NCBI RefSeq assembly: GCF_018350175.1
Contig: NC_058368.1
Span: 160,024,001 to 160,088,000 of the forward strand
DNA from: Felis catus
Lineage: Eukaryota
DNA: 64,000 nt
Direction: 5' to 3'
Every line of letters begins with the position of its first letter. Position 1 is the stretch's first letter. The translations under genes were made by a program, and so were the position numbers. The notes beneath the pieces are model-generated. The model did no database searches, was not told the origin of the DNA, and saw only the letters and a list, made by a program, of their open reading frames with translations. This document shows positions 39,991-53,755 of the stretch, piece after piece.

Positions 39991-40638
39991 GTAGTTTTAT
40001 TATTGATTTCTAGTTTAATTTTCTTGTGGTTGGAAATCAGGCATTGCATGATTTCTATTTTTTTTAAATTTATTAAGTTGTATTTTATGGCCCAGAATGT
40101 GGTTCATCTTAGTGAATGTTCCATGTGAGCTTGAGAAGCATATGTATTCTGCTATCATTGAATGAAGTAGTCTATAGATGTCAATTATATCCAGTTGGTT
40201 AACGGTGATGTTGAGTTCGAGCACATTCATTCTGATTTTCTGCCTGCTGGATTTGTCCATTTCTGGGAAGGATTCTGGAAGACTCTAACTATGAGAGTCG
40301 ATTTGTTTACTTCTCTTTCCAGTTCCATCAGTTTCTGCTTTATATAGTGTGATGCTCTGTTGTTAGGCACATACACATGCAGAATTATGTCTTCTTGGAG
40401 AACTGACCCCCTTTATCATTATGTAATGCCCTTATTTATCCCTGATAACTTCCCTTGTTTTGAAGCCTGCTCTGTCTGCGATTCATATAGCTACTCTTGC
40501 TTTCTTTTGATTAGTGTTAGTATCATCTGTTTTTCTCTATCCATTTACTTTTAATCTATCTGTGTCTTTGTATTTAAAGTAAGTTTCCATAGACAACATA
40601 TAGTTGGGTTATGGTTTTTGATCCCCTCTCAGTCTCTG

Positions 40639-40830
40639 TTTTTTTTTTTTTTTTAATTAATTTATTTTTGAGAGAGAGAGCACTAGTGGGGAAGTGGCAG
40701 AGAGGGAAGGGGACAGAAGATTGAAGCAGGCTCTGCACTGACAGCAGCGAGCTCGATGTGGGGCTTGAACTCACAAGCTGTGAAATCATGACCTGAGACC
40801 AAGTCGGAAGTTCAAACAACTGAGCCACCC
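40639..40830 (-). mobile_element. Can-SINE lacking its 5' terminus and TSD
   Basis: Poly-T on the left; ends at tgagccaccc. Confidence 0.92.
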
Positions 40831-41752
40831 ATTGGTGCATTTAGATCGTTGACATTCAAAGTGATTTTTATATAGCTGTATTAATATTTACCATACCTGT
40901 TACTGCTGTCTTTTTTGTTCCCATTTTTGTCTTGCATTCTTTTTCTCCCTTTTGTGGTTTTAATGGAGCTTTTTATATGATTCCATTTTCTCTCATTTCT
41001 TAGCATATTAGTTATACTTCTTTTTAAAACTTGTTTTAGTGGTTGCCCTAGGGTTTGCAATATACATTTACAACTAATCCAAGGCCATTTTTAAATAACA
41101 TTTTACTACTTTATAGGTAGTGTGAATATCTTATAATAACAAAATAATCCTAGTTTCTTCCTCCCAGTCTCCTATCATTGCTGCCATTCATGTCACATAT
41201 ATAAGCATGTACATTATTCACAGGTATGCATACATAATCAGATACATTGTTACCATTATTCTTTTGAACAAACTTATCTGTTCAATCAATTGAGAATAAG
41301 AAAAATCAGTTTTTATTTTCCCTTCACTTATTCCTTCTTCAGCAGTTTTCCTTTCTTTATGTGGACCTGAGTTTCTGACCTATATTATTTTCCGTCTCTC
41401 CAAAGAACTTTTAACATTTCTTGCAAAGCAGATCTACTGGCAACATTTTCTCTCACTTTTTGTTATCCCGAGAAAGTCTATTTTTGACATTTGAAGGATA
41501 ATTTAATTTTTGAAGGATAATTTAATAGGGGATAGAATTCTAGGTTGGTGGTTTTTTTCCTTTAAACACTTAATAAATATTTTATTCCATTCTCTTCTTG
41601 TTTGCATGGTTTCTAAGAAGTAAGGTGCAATTCTTATCTTTGTTCCTTATAGGTAAGGTGTTTTTATGTTCTGGCTTTTTTCAGGATTTTTCACTTATCT
41701 TTGATTTTCTATCATTTGACTATGATACACCTAGGTATAGTGATTTTATGTT

Positions 41753-41773
41753 TGTGTGTGTGTGTGTGTGTCT

Positions 41774-41823
<50 letters not shown>
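41753..41823. repeat. Interrupted (TG)n microsatellite
   Basis: Read directly. Confidence 0.97.
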
Positions 41824-41825
<2 letters not shown>

Positions 41826-42761
41826 TTATCTTGCTTGACATTCTGTGAGCTTTCTGGACCTGTGGCTTGGGGTCTGACACCAATTTGGGGAAATTCTCAG
41901 TCATTATGCTTTCTAATATTTCTTCTGTTCCTTCTCTTTCTTCTCTTTCTGGTATTCCTATTACGTGTATGTTACACCTTCTGTAGTCATCTCATAGTCC
42001 TTGGATACTCTGTTCCTTTTTTTCCCTCAGTCTTTGCTCTTTTTGCACTTCAAGGATTCTATTGATACATCCTCTGAGTCAGAAATTCTTTCCTCAGCCA
42101 TGCCCATCAAATAAGCCCATCAAAGACATTCTTCATTTCTGTTACAGTGATTTTTATCTCTAGAATTTCTTCTTGATTCTTTCTTATGTTTTCCATCTAT
42201 CTGCTTATATTACCCATCTGTTCTTGCATGCTATCTACTTTATCCATTAGATCCCTTAGCATGTAAATTATAATTGTTTTAAATTCCCAATCTGATAATT
42301 CTAACATTCTACCATATCTGTTTTTGATACTTGCTCTGTCCCTTCAAATTATGTTTTTTGCCTTTTGGGATGTCTGGTAATTTTTCTTGATATTTGGACA
42401 TAATTTACTGAATAAAAGGAACTGCTATAAATAGGCCTTTAGTGATGTGGTGTTGAGATGTGGGCAGAAGGGAAGCATCCTATAGTCCAGTGATTAGGAC
42501 TCAGTCTTTTAGTGAGCCTATCTGTCTGGGCTATGAACTTCACTAGAATTTTAGTTTTTTTCAGAACCCTTAGGTGGGACAAGACAGCAAGAGTTGGCTA
42601 GAGTTGGATATTTCCTTTCCCTTATGTCAGTTAGGTTCTGGTAATATTCCAACAGATTAAGCTCTAGTTAAATAATTTCCCCTGAAGGCAAGCTTTGTTG
42701 CCTTCAACAGGCAACAGAACAGAACAGAATGCTCTGGTGTATTTAAAAATGGTTCTTTTTT

Positions 42762-42917
42762 GCGGTACCTGGGTGGCTCAGTCATTCAAAAGTACAACTC
42801 TTGATTTTAGGTCAGGTCATGATCTCATACTCCATGGAATCGAGCCCCATTCTGAGAGCATGGAGCTGCTTGGGATTCTCTCTCTCCCTCTCTCTCTGCC
42901 CCTCCCCAGCTCATGTT

Positions 42918-42965
<48 letters not shown>

Positions 42966-42995
42966 ATCTCAAAATAAATTCATAAACATTTTAAA
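42762..42995 (+). mobile_element. Can-SINE with a long (CT)n tract
   Basis: TSD aaaaatggttctt. Confidence 0.93.
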
Positions 42996-43838
42996 AAATG
43001 GTTCTTCCCCCCTCTTTCTGCCAGAAGCACAAGGGAATTTTAATCACATATTTAGTGTGGGAAACTGGTCCAGCTATTGGAGATAAATCTCACAATATTT
43101 GGGGGACCTTTCTATGACTGGGTCACCTTGGAGTTTTTAGCTCTCAGTCTTGTCCATTGTTGGCCTCCAGCATCAGCCAATTACAGTTAGGGCTTTCCTA
43201 TCCTGGCAGTGGTTCCCAGGCAATTTTTGCTCCTGAGTCTCTGGCCTAGTAAGCTGCTGCTCCCTATATTCACTTATCTGTCTCTCTAATCTTGGGGGAG
43301 CAATTTTCCCCATGTCCTCTCTTTTCTGTGGATCCAAGGAGAGTTGTAGAATTGTTGATTTTTTAGTTTGTTTGGCTTTTTACTTGTCATTAAAATGGAG
43401 TGGCAACTTCCAAGTTCCTTACATGCAGAACTGGAAATTGGAAGTGAAAACATGTAAAATTTTTAAAAGTCGAGAAAGATAAGCATCAAGACAAGGCTTT
43501 TGGATTTTTTTAGCTTATATATGTCTTTGGTGACTGAGCAGTTTTGATAAAGTGGGGCTCATTGAATCCAAATTACATTAGTTTAAGAAGAAGTAAGGAG
43601 AGTAAATATGAAAGGTAGTGTGGGTAATTCAAGAAGTTTGCCTGTAAAGGGGAGAAGGGGAGTGGCTAGATGAGAATATGTGTTCATAAAAGTTTTACAT
43701 TTTTTATGTGAGACCAATTAGCAGTAAAACTAATAAGAGAATTATATAATTTAATAAAAGATATAAAATATCCAAATAAGTAGCTATATCATGTTCAGTG
43801 ATGAGATAACCTAATGTTATTTTTAAAAAGACAGTGTT

Positions 43839-44052
43839 GGGGCGCCTGGGTGGCGCAGTCGGTTAAGCGTCCGACTTCAGCCAGGTCACGATCTCGCGGT
43901 CCGGGAGTTCGAGCCCCGCGTCGGGCTCTGGGCTGATGGCTCAGAGCCTGGAGCCTGTTTCCGATTCTGTGTCTCCCTCTCTCTCTGCCCCTCGCCCGTT
44001 CATGCTCTGTCTCTCTCTGTCCCAAAAATAAATAAACGTTGAAAAAAAAATT
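43839..44052 (+). mobile_element. Young feline Can-SINE, CpG-intact
   Basis: ggggcgcctgggtggcgcagtcggttaagcgtccg; TSD ttttaaaaagacagtgtt at 43821-43838 and 44051-44068. Confidence 0.97.
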
Positions 44053-44379
44053 TTAAAAAGACAGTGTTTCCTGAATTATTTTACAGATCCAAACAGTCTT
44101 GATAAAAATGTTAATTGAATTTTTTTGTGTGTGAATTTTGCCAAATGGATTCCAAAATTCATTAGGACAAGCAAATGCGTAAGACCACCAAAAAATCTCT
44201 GAAGAAATTGGGAATTGCCTTACAAGTTGTCAAGACACATTATAAAGCTGTATTAATAGAAACAGTTTGGTACCGGTGTAGAAATAGATATCCAAAATCG
44301 AGATGTGAATAGGGTTCCTTTGAGGAAGAATGCTTCCCTTCTTTCATTAGTGTATACTTCATAATATCCTCTTTACCTT

Positions 44380-46670
44380 CCTGAAAGTGACATAGATTAT
44401 TTACCAAGGTATAGAACACATTTACAAGCCAACAGACTGCACATTGGCTCCTTGGCCTGTGAAGTAATGGCTTATATGATAGGATGGACTGAATGGAAAC
44501 CACTGGAATTGCCCTGCTCAGCCAAAATAGTGAATCAAAGGCAATACCACTTCCCTGAGGGGGTCTATGGAGATTAATGTCACCATGAAAGTCTGGAGAG
44601 ATTCACGTGTTGACTTGGCCTGAGTGGTAGAGGATTTTCATAAACTTAATCAGGTGATGACCCTAAATGCTGCTGCTTTTATAGACATGGTCTCCTTACT
44701 GGAACAAAACGACATGATCTCTGACAAGTGATATGCAGCTAGTGCACTGGCAAATACTTTATTCTCTCTTTATCAATCAAGAAGCAATTTGCTTCTACAT
44801 GGTCAGATCAACAAAACATATTCACTATTGCCTTTAGCTCTAAGGCTCTCTGGCATAATCCAGACTACAAAATCTATGAAATCTTGCTAAGAGACCTATT
44901 GGGCAGGAAGTAGCAAATATTTGTGCCAGAAGGTAGGAGATAAGCCCATGGAAACTTGATGGGGTTCTAGGGCTCTAGAGGGTTGAAATACATTGAGATC
45001 TTTCTTTCCCAGTAAAAGTTAAGTTAATATATCTTCTACCTACTAGCATTAAGAAAGAGATATAATACTTTGCAGGCCTCCTTGGGTTCTGGAACCAATA
45101 TGTGCCTCATTTGAGTGATTTTCTTTGCACGTTTAGTAAGTTTCAAATGGCACTCAGAGGAAAAGAAAGCTCTGAAGCTGGTCCAGGATTCAATACAAGC
45201 TTGTCTACCAGTTAGAATCAGCAGGTCTGTGGCTTTTTTGGCCTGTCCAATGAAGTTTCTGGCAAATCCCTATAGAGAATGAAAATCCATGCACCTAGAA
45301 TTTAAAGCAAAACCACGCAAGTATCCATTCTCCTTGTGAGAAATGGCACCTTTCTTGCTACTAGTATCATTTAGTTCTGGTTGGGACTAAATACCTAGTC
45401 ATGGAACACCAAGTGACCAGGCAATAGGAGATGACTGTCATGAGCTGGGTATTATGTGATCCACAAAGCTCTAAAGTTGGACAGGAGGGGCGCCTGGGTG
45501 GTTCAGTTGGTTAAGCACCTGACCGGTTCAGGTCATGATCTCACAGTTTGTGAGTTCGAGCCCCATGTCGGGCTCTGTGCTGACAGCTCAGAGCCTGGAG
45601 TCTGCTTCAGATTTTGTGCCTCCCTCTCTCTCTGCTCCTCCGCTGCTTGCTCTGTCTCTGTCTCTCTCTAAAAAATAAATAAACATTAAAAAGTTTTAAA
45701 GTTGGACATGAACAGTACTCCATCATAAAGAAATAGTGGTGTGAGACCAAACTCAAAGAGTTTTTAAATATATAATTTGTATCATTTGAGGTTCAGACTC
45801 TCATGACACCTTCTCCTACTTTTCCTGACATCAGTGATCTCATGAGGAGTTCCCTCTAACCAGATGACTGAGGAAGAGGAACTTCAGGCCCAGTTTACAG
45901 ATGCTTTTTCATGGTATACTGCCACAGATAGACGTGAATTGCAGCATAATTATGGCCCAATTCAGGGGTGGTCTGGACAGATAGTAAGGAAATGAAATAC
46001 TTTCACTGAGAAGAACTTCAAGCAGTATGTCTGCTTGCCCACTGTGCCTGAAGGGAGAGAGGGCCAGAGGTATGGATTACATGAGTAGGGGCTAGTGGTT
46101 GATGCTGGATATTCAGAGACTTGTAAATTATAATACTGGAAGATTGGAGACAAGGACATCTGGGGAAGACGTATGTAGATGTACCCCTTAGAAATGAGGA
46201 CAGTATATGAAGATTTGTTTCATGTGAATTCCTACCAAAAGTCACAAACTGGAATCTGGCAATTGTTAGCCAGACATAATGACTGATTATGTGGATAACA
46301 CTTAGCCACTATTTTCAGTGGCTTACTTAAGAGCTTACAAAGTGGCTTGATAGCAGGAGTGGGGATTATACAGGGACCCCACACCATAAACTTACTCTCA
46401 TCAAAGCTCATCTGGCTACCACCGTTGCTGAGTGCTTGACTGGTCAATAGCATAGTTCATCACCAAATCTCTGAAATGGCGATATTCCCTTGAAAGAGCA
46501 GCCAGTAATTTGGTAGCAGGTTGATTACTTTAAATACATTCTTATTTGGGATACATTTGGATAAGTTTTCAAAATGTACCTTCCCTTCCTGAAATACCTC
46601 TATCAGTACTACCATCAATGAACCTAGTAATATTATATTCACTATTGTAGTATCCCGTACAATAGTATTT
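44380..46670 (+). mobile_element. Decayed ERVL-type internal pol region (RT to integrase)
   Basis: tggaaaccactggaattgccc...aatagtgaatcaaaggcaatacc...gagattaatgtcaccat; tgatatgcagcta; tggtagcaggttgattac resemble recalled ERVL pol. Confidence 0.78.
45487..45697 (+). mobile_element. Can-SINE inside the ERVL remnant
   Basis: TSD taaagttggaca. Confidence 0.94.
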
Positions 46671-47540
46671 CTCTATGTGTGGCCCATGGAAACTTAGGAA
46701 TCTCAAAGACTCCTTAAGGAAGGCTGTGAGATCAAACTGTATTCATATAGAACTAAGATATCATTTGTCATTTTCGTAGTGTTCACTTATACTGATGGCG
46801 CAAAACCAATAGTGGGTAATATCTTTAGTCCTTTCGCGTGCATCAAGGAAATGGCACCAAATTGGACTAAGAGTCAAATAATAATTCACTACTAGGCACT
46901 CACAGAAAAAAAAAAATTGTTCACAGAAGATGCTGATGAGGTAGTAAAATGATTAAATTTATTAAAACTTGAGTCTTTAGCACATGTCGTCTTAATATTC
47001 TATGTGCCAAATGAGAAGTCTTGCATATAGCACTTTTGTTACATACCAAAATACGTTTGTTTTGTGTGACTGTGTAAGTTGTAAGCTGAACTACATACTT
47101 TTTCTCATGGAAGGGTACCATTTTTACATGAAAGGGCTATTGACAGACACATTAGGATTATTCAGATTTGCATATTTGGCAGATATTTTCTCAATAATGA
47201 ATGAAGTGAGCCTGTTACTTCAAGGACAATAAATGACAGTATTTTGTTTTCAATGAAGAAGTTGTAACTTTCAATTAAAAGTTAGAATTTTGGGAAACAT
47301 CCACCCTTGTGAGCTTAAAAGCTTTGAAATAAAGATTTTAAAAATGCTTTTTATGGTGATACTAATAAATGTGATGTTATTTTTGATATTGGGTAATGAA
47401 ATGTGTCACTATTTGGAAGGTCTGAGTAACTCAGTGAACCAACAGTTCTCAAATGATCAAAGCATGGAGTTACAAATCATGCATGGTAAAAAATTCATTT
47501 AAAGTGCAAGGAGGACCAATAGTTTTCATGTAACAGAGGA
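46670..47540 (+). mobile_element. Charlie1-like hAT transposon fossil
   Basis: tgatgaggtagtaaaatgattaaatttattaaa; tatttggcagatattttctc (YLADIFS), hAT transposase-like. Confidence 0.78.
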
Positions 47541-48432
47541 CATTAAATAACAAATTTAAATAAAAGGCAAAGGACAAATTGAGAAAACTATTTTCAATAC
47601 ATATTAACACTGTCAAAGTAAAAAGTACATTACATTAATGAGTATAACAGATCATTGAGCTGTTTCTACTTGCTCAGGTATAAAAATGAAGACTTCCTTT
47701 TTTTGTTACATTGTTGTTTAAAAGTGTGCTGTGTCAAATTTTCTTTTTCATCCCTTAACACTTTCTTGGACAGGTTCCAAAACCTTCTAGTCGCTTTGTT
47801 ATTAAGCAGATGCTAAATAGTTTAAAACCATAACCTCATATCCCCATCTTTAGTACCACCAAAAGCTGTGTCTCTGGCCAGTGGGAACGACTTCAGGGAA
47901 TGGGTGTAGGGGTTGAGGAAACACTAAAAAAACTGTCCAGTATTCAAATACTCAAAAACAGTAATTCTGAAACTTATTCTGTGCTCTCTAGTCCTGTGCT
48001 TTATCTGGAGTGGCAACCAGTGAGTGGGAAGAGGCTGGGAGAAATAGGGTTGTTTTTACTGCCTCTTCATAAACCTTGGCAAGAGAGGAACTGTCTGGTC
48101 TCAATTTTTGGTGGCATTTTGATGTTGCTATTTATCATGGAGGATACATTGTGCCTCTGGGCCTCAGCTTTAAACTTGAGCCTAGACTACAGATAGAAGA
48201 CATCCTATTCTTATAGAAAAATACAAATACCACAATAGAAAAATAACTAACTAAAGAGCTTAAAAAGAAAATTCATAGCAATATAAATGACTAACAAACA
48301 TTTACCATTCCAGGTAATCAAAAAATTAGGCCAGTATAACAATTTTACTCATTGTATTACCATTAAAAGTTATAATACCAAAATGTTTCAAGGTTAAGGT
48401 GTGATAGTGCTTTTTATACACTCCTGGTGGGA

Positions 48433-48664
48433 CTTTATTTATTTATTTATTATTATTTAAAACATTTTTATTTTAATTTAAAGAGGGAGAGAGAGAAAGC
48501 GCAAGTTGGGGAGAGGGGCAGAGGGAGGGAAAGAGAAATCTCAAGCAGGCTCCACATTCAGCATGTAGCCCGACAAAGAGCTCGATCCCACGAACCTGAG
48601 ATCATGACTTGAGCCAGAATCAAGAGTTAGATGCTCAACAGATTCAGCCACCCCGGCACCCCCA
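48433..48664 (-). mobile_element. Can-SINE
   Basis: gagatcatgacttgagcc...cagccaccccggcacccc. Confidence 0.9.
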
Positions 48665-48919
48665 TGGTACTTTACACCAGAATAGCAGATATGAAGAGCA
48701 ATTGATGACTTGTGTTGAGAATCACAGATATATCCATACCAATGATCTAGGAATTCTTTTTCCAGTAATCTACTCAAGAAAGTGATCTTAGATGTTACCA
48801 AAGAACAAAAATAATCTTCATGAAATTATAAGAGTAAAATTACTCTTGGGGTTATATTGGTTTTAAAGAGGAGAATTGTTAAAACATGGTATAAACATAT
48901 GATTGCAATAGTAAATAGC

Positions 48920-49552
48920 TATATTAGTCAGTGTTCTCCAGAGAAACAGAGAAAATTATATATTCTATGATACCATATGTATACATACACACATAGTCTT
49001 TATACCCGATACTCTTTCTTTCTATATAAATACATCTATTTGTATAATAAATTCACATATATGATTATAATAAATTCACTATAAATTATGAATAAATTAA
49101 TATGCAAATTTATTATAGACATTGGCTTATGCAGTTATAGAGGTGGAGAAGTCCCACAATCTGCTATCTGCAAGCTAGAGAACAAAGAAAGCTGGTGCTA
49201 TAATTCAGTGTGAAACCAATGGCGTGAGAACCAGGAAGCCCCTGGTGTGAGTCCCAGAGTCCGAAGGACAAAGACCTAGAGCTCTGATATCTGATTTCCA
49301 AAAGATGGATTCCCAACTCAAGAAGAGAGAATTAGCTCTTCCTGAGCCTTTTTGTTCAATGTAGCCCCCCTCCAGAGATTGGATAATGCCCATCTACATT
49401 GATGAGAGCTGATGTTCTTTACTCATTCTATTGAATCAAATGTTAATCCCTTCCAGGAACTCTCTTACAGACACACTGAGAAGTAATATTTTACCAGCTA
49501 TCTGGACATAACCTTAGTCTGGTCAAGTTGACACATAAAATTAACCACCACA
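48920..49552 (-). mobile_element. MLT2-type (ERVL) solo LTR
   Basis: tattagtcagtgttctccagagaaacaga ... caagttgacacataaaattaaccaccaca termini. Confidence 0.88.
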
Positions 49553-49767
49553 ACAGATAATAAAAATAATGCTTTTAAATATTTTTTAAATTTATGGGAA
49601 TTTCTCAGAGTACATTGCTAAATAAATGAAGTTGAATTAAAAAACGGAGTGCATATTATGATTCTAAGTTTAGTCTTTAAATACCACATAAGCATATAAA
49701 AATGGAAGAAAAAGATTTTATGATCATTATTAAAGGAATAGTAAATGATTAAAGTGGAATATAGAAC

Positions 49768-49771
<4 letters not shown>

Positions 49772-49821
<50 letters not shown>
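49772..49821. repeat. (TA)n microsatellite
   Basis: Read directly. Confidence 0.98.
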
Positions 49822-49822
<1 letters not shown>

Positions 49823-49931
49823 TATGAGTCTAAGTTTGATCTTTACACAAACATATAAAACTAATTGGAAGAAAAAGCTTGTACTGTTGGGTGTATTACT
49901 TGTGGAATTAGAGTACATTAAAATAATTCTT

Positions 49932-50145
49932 GGGGCACCTGGCTGGTTCAGTTGGTTGAGTGTCCGATTCTTGACTTTGGTTCAAATCATGATCTCACAG
50001 TTCCTGGTATCAAGCCCCATGTCAGTCTCTGCCCTGACAGTGCAGATCCTGCTTGGGATTCTTCCTCTCTCTGCCCCTCCCCTGTGCATGCCCACCCCCG
50101 AACCCTTCTCTCTGAAAATAAATAAATAAACATGAAAAAAACTTA
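49932..50145 (+). mobile_element. Can-SINE
   Basis: ggggcacctggctggttcag head; AATAAA tail. Confidence 0.92.
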
Positions 50146-50568
50146 AAAACATTATTTGAATGATATGGTCATTTGTGTTTACCATGTTTCACTGAATTAT
50201 TTAAAATATAGTTGTGAGACAACATCATGTCACTAAAAATATTCATTCAGTACTTTTACATAAATCAATGCTAACCTAAGAAATATCAAAAGATAAAACA
50301 CAGCCACTGTTCAAGGTCTAGTATAAGGAAAAGAACATATGCATTCAAGCTAAATACCTATGGGATATAATGAATTGTCAGTATTAAGAACACAGGAAAT
50401 GCAATAAGAGTTCCAATTCCAAGGAATGATTGTTTTTTCCAAGGGACAGTGGCAACAGAGGAAGTAAGATATAGTTGGGTTTCTATAAAAGGATATCATT
50501 TTTTAAAGAAGAAAAAAATAGAAGCAAAATAAATAATATTAAGAGAAGCTTGAAATTTGCTTGACCAT

Positions 50569-51035
50569 TATAGTAGTTTCCCAGGGCTGTTGTAACAAAC
50601 TACTAAAAACTGGGGCTTAAAACAATAGACATTTATTATCTCACAATTTTGGAAGCTAGAAATCTGAAATCAAGTTGTTGGCAGGGCCATACTCCCTGCG
50701 AAACCTCTAGGGGAATTCTTCCTTGCCTCTTCCTCGCTTCTGGTGGTTTGCCAGAAATCTTCAGCGTTCTTTTGCTTACAGATGCATCACGCCAGTCTTC
50801 CATCATTACATGGAGTTCTCCCTGGGTCTTCACATCATCTTCCTTCTGTTCATGTCTGTCTCTGTCTAAAGTTCACCCTTTTAAAGGACACCAGTCATAC
50901 TGGATTAAGGCCCATCATAAGGACTTCATTTTAAGTTGATTGCCTCTGTAAAAACCATGTTTCCAAATAAGGTCACATTTTGCGGTAGGTTAAGACTTTG
51001 ACATATCTTTTCAGGGGACACAACTGAACTCATGG
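50569..51035 (-). mobile_element. MLT1B/C-like MaLR LTR
   Basis: tagtttcccagggctgttgtaacaaactac...tttccaaataaggtcacatt. Confidence 0.85.
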
Positions 51036-53536
51036 TAGCAGTTTTATTGAACAATGATTTGGAAGTAACACAGGAAGTTTGGAGAGATCTTCTAGGGCAG
51101 GAATACTAGGCTGAGGAAATTATTATTATTTTTGTAAATAGGTGATAAAGAGGCACTGAAAGTGTTCAAAAAGAAAGACCATGCTTCCCTGTCAAGTTCC
51201 CACTGAAATGACAGGAAAGTTTTATTTATTTTTTTGGTTTTATTTGTTTTGGTAATGAAATCATAACATCACTCTTAAATAGGTAAGATATGTGGAATGT
51301 GTGGAAGGTAGAAAGCAAATGATGTCAGATGGATAAAGAAAAAAGAGGGAATAGCAGCCTGGGATGGTGGAGGGAAGCTGTTCTCCCTAAGAGAGTTCTG
51401 GAGAAGCTCTAAGTTGAATCCATGCAAACCAAAACAAAACAAAACATGTGGGACGTGGAGAAATCTGAAATGTTTTATGTATAAAAGGTGCCAAAATTTC
51501 TATGAACTGGAAATTCTATTCGAAATTTGCACTGTTGACACTATTCAGTGACTATAACTGTGGTGACTCATCGCAGAAAATCTATAATGGGTTTAATTTT
51601 CACAGACCACATGTTAAGTAATTGTTCTTGATATACGGCTTTACTATGACATCATTCTGATTTAAAAACAACTTTATTTCTGGAAAACCTTCTTCTGTAA
51701 AAATTATTTATCTATAACCATTTTGCATTAAATTAGTGCAAAAGTCTCTCATCAAAATATTAAATGCCTTGTTGGAGACCCAATCACTGCAAATCCAACT
51801 TAACATTCTCAAAGCTGGAATTCTGGATGCAGGCTTACACTTGAGGGGGCAAGGTACAGGGTTGAGTTTTTATAGCCTTAACTGTTCTCCTACATGAGAT
51901 GTAAACAGGATTCCAACTTTGTACACTTATCTCTAAAGCAGAAACAATAAAATGGACTTTTGAGAACCAACTAATCTTATAACTAAAACTAGTTTAAATG
52001 TAATATTGGATAAATTTTAGTTATTGGAAAAAAATACCTTCTTTCCTATTGGTCTCAAGAATTTCAGATTGTTTATTAGAAATATCACAAAATATTGGGG
52101 TAAATGGGCATTGAACAAAGTATTCGATTGTAGTCAATTGCTGAGATCTTATAAAAATAGGTAAACTGTCATGTATATCCTTATTCTTTGCCCTGGGATT
52201 TATTTTTCTGTAGTAACTTTATTTCAGGAAAGGAAGACTTATTTGGATACATATGTATTTGGCAGTCTGTCTGTAGTGAAAAGAAGGAAAATCCGTATGA
52301 GTAATGATTTTTCTGACTCATATCTGGTTCCCAGTTTTAATTGAACCTGAATTTAACTGTCCTCCCCTCCCCTCCACATTCCTCCCTTCAACTGAAAGCT
52401 TGAGGATAGTAAATGTAACTATCTTTTATTTCAAACAGATCATTTTACAGTCATGAAGAGAATGGATTAAATGACAGATAAGCATTGAAGAGATTAATAC
52501 GTGGCAAAAATTTCAAGATAGTGACCCTCAGATCCAGGCTAGATGTATTTCCAAAAATAGTTCTACAGAAAAAGGGCTCAATGCACAGCCAAGGATTCTT
52601 GACAGTGAGGTTCATATAGAGCAATTTAAATATTCTCTAGATTGGCCTGGTTAATCTAGGACCTGATCTATTTTATGGATCCAATCTAAAAAAGACGTAA
52701 TCTTCTTTTAAATTGCAGAATTTACAGAGAACTTTCTTCCTTTGGCAGCAGCCTGAGTTATTGAGAAAATCAAAGCCAAAGAGATGTGGTTTTTTTCCCC
52801 ACTGTGAATTAAAAAAGGAAGAATAAGGCATTTCCTTTCCCCGAACAAGAGAGGAGTAGCCAGCAATTTATTTCTAAAGGCCTCAGTTAGAACGTCTCCT
52901 CCTGCCTCTGTTTTGTCAGGGGGGGAAAGTAAAGTGAATCATGGCAAAAATTCCCTGTGTCCATAATTACCATGAAGGGAGTGGATTGCTGGTCTTCAGG
53001 GGACATCACAGGTTTTAGACAATGACAGAATGCAGACTGGAGTCCTTCTCCAAGTTATCAGGGCAGCATCAACCCACCTCAGGGAGGACTTCCTCAGTTG
53101 TCTCCCCATGACAACTAACACCTGCTGATTTTCTTTCCTGTGTGAGGATGGGTGTGACTCCAAATTTAATCTGATTTAGGAAAATAAAGCAATGTGATGC
53201 TTCCTGCACCTGGGTATTTAGAAGATAGTTGCCTTCTAGAAAGCCAGAGAAGTTTGTTATAAGATTAGATTCACATTCAGAGCTGTCCCCCCAATTTTCA
53301 GTTACTCTGAGATGTTTGTGCCAGAGGCACAAAATTAATTCAATGCTGGATTAAATTTGCGTGAATAATCTGATAATAAAATTCTAGAGGGATGACTGAT
53401 TGATCATTCATAAGAGCCTGAAATTTGTTGTTCATGAACTGTGTTAACATACCTTTCTTCTATATTCACCTACCATTCAGTCTCTTTTATCTACTGTATT
53501 TATTTTTTTGCTTTATTCGTTTTCTCTTTTATTATT

Positions 53537-53755
53537 TTTTTTAAATTTTTTTTAACGTTTATTTATTTTTGAGACAGAGAGAGACAGAGCATAAATGGGG
53601 GAGGGGCAACGAGAGAGGGAGACACAGAATCGGAAGCAGGCTCCAGGCTCTGAGCCATCAGCCCAGAGCCTGACGGGGGCTCGAACTCATGGAGCGCGAG
53701 ATCGTGACCTGAGCCGAAGTGGGACGCTTAACCGACTGAGCCACCCAGGCACCCC
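53537..53755 (-). mobile_element. Can-SINE A (older of the pair)
   Basis: TSD tcttttattatt at ~53525-53536 and 53756-53767. Confidence 0.96.

Larger units (their letters stand above)
39990..43440 (-). mobile_element. Old L1M (L1MC/MD-like) 5' region to EN domain
   Basis: Minus ORF 40015-40260 MDKSSRQKI..DIYRLLH..SSSHGTFTKMNHILGHK matches L1 endonuclease. Confidence 0.82.

Noticed and set aside
41490..41526. Tandem duplication of tttgaaggataatttaat
   Set aside because: Ordinary micro-duplication inside an old L1
41598..42065. 155-aa hydrophobic ORF
   Set aside because: Antisense of an old L1 plus a (TG)n repeat
43839..43925. tRNA gene (A/B-box-like sequence)
   Set aside because: tRNA-derived head of a Can-SINE; the same applies to all SINE heads and SINE-derived short ORFs
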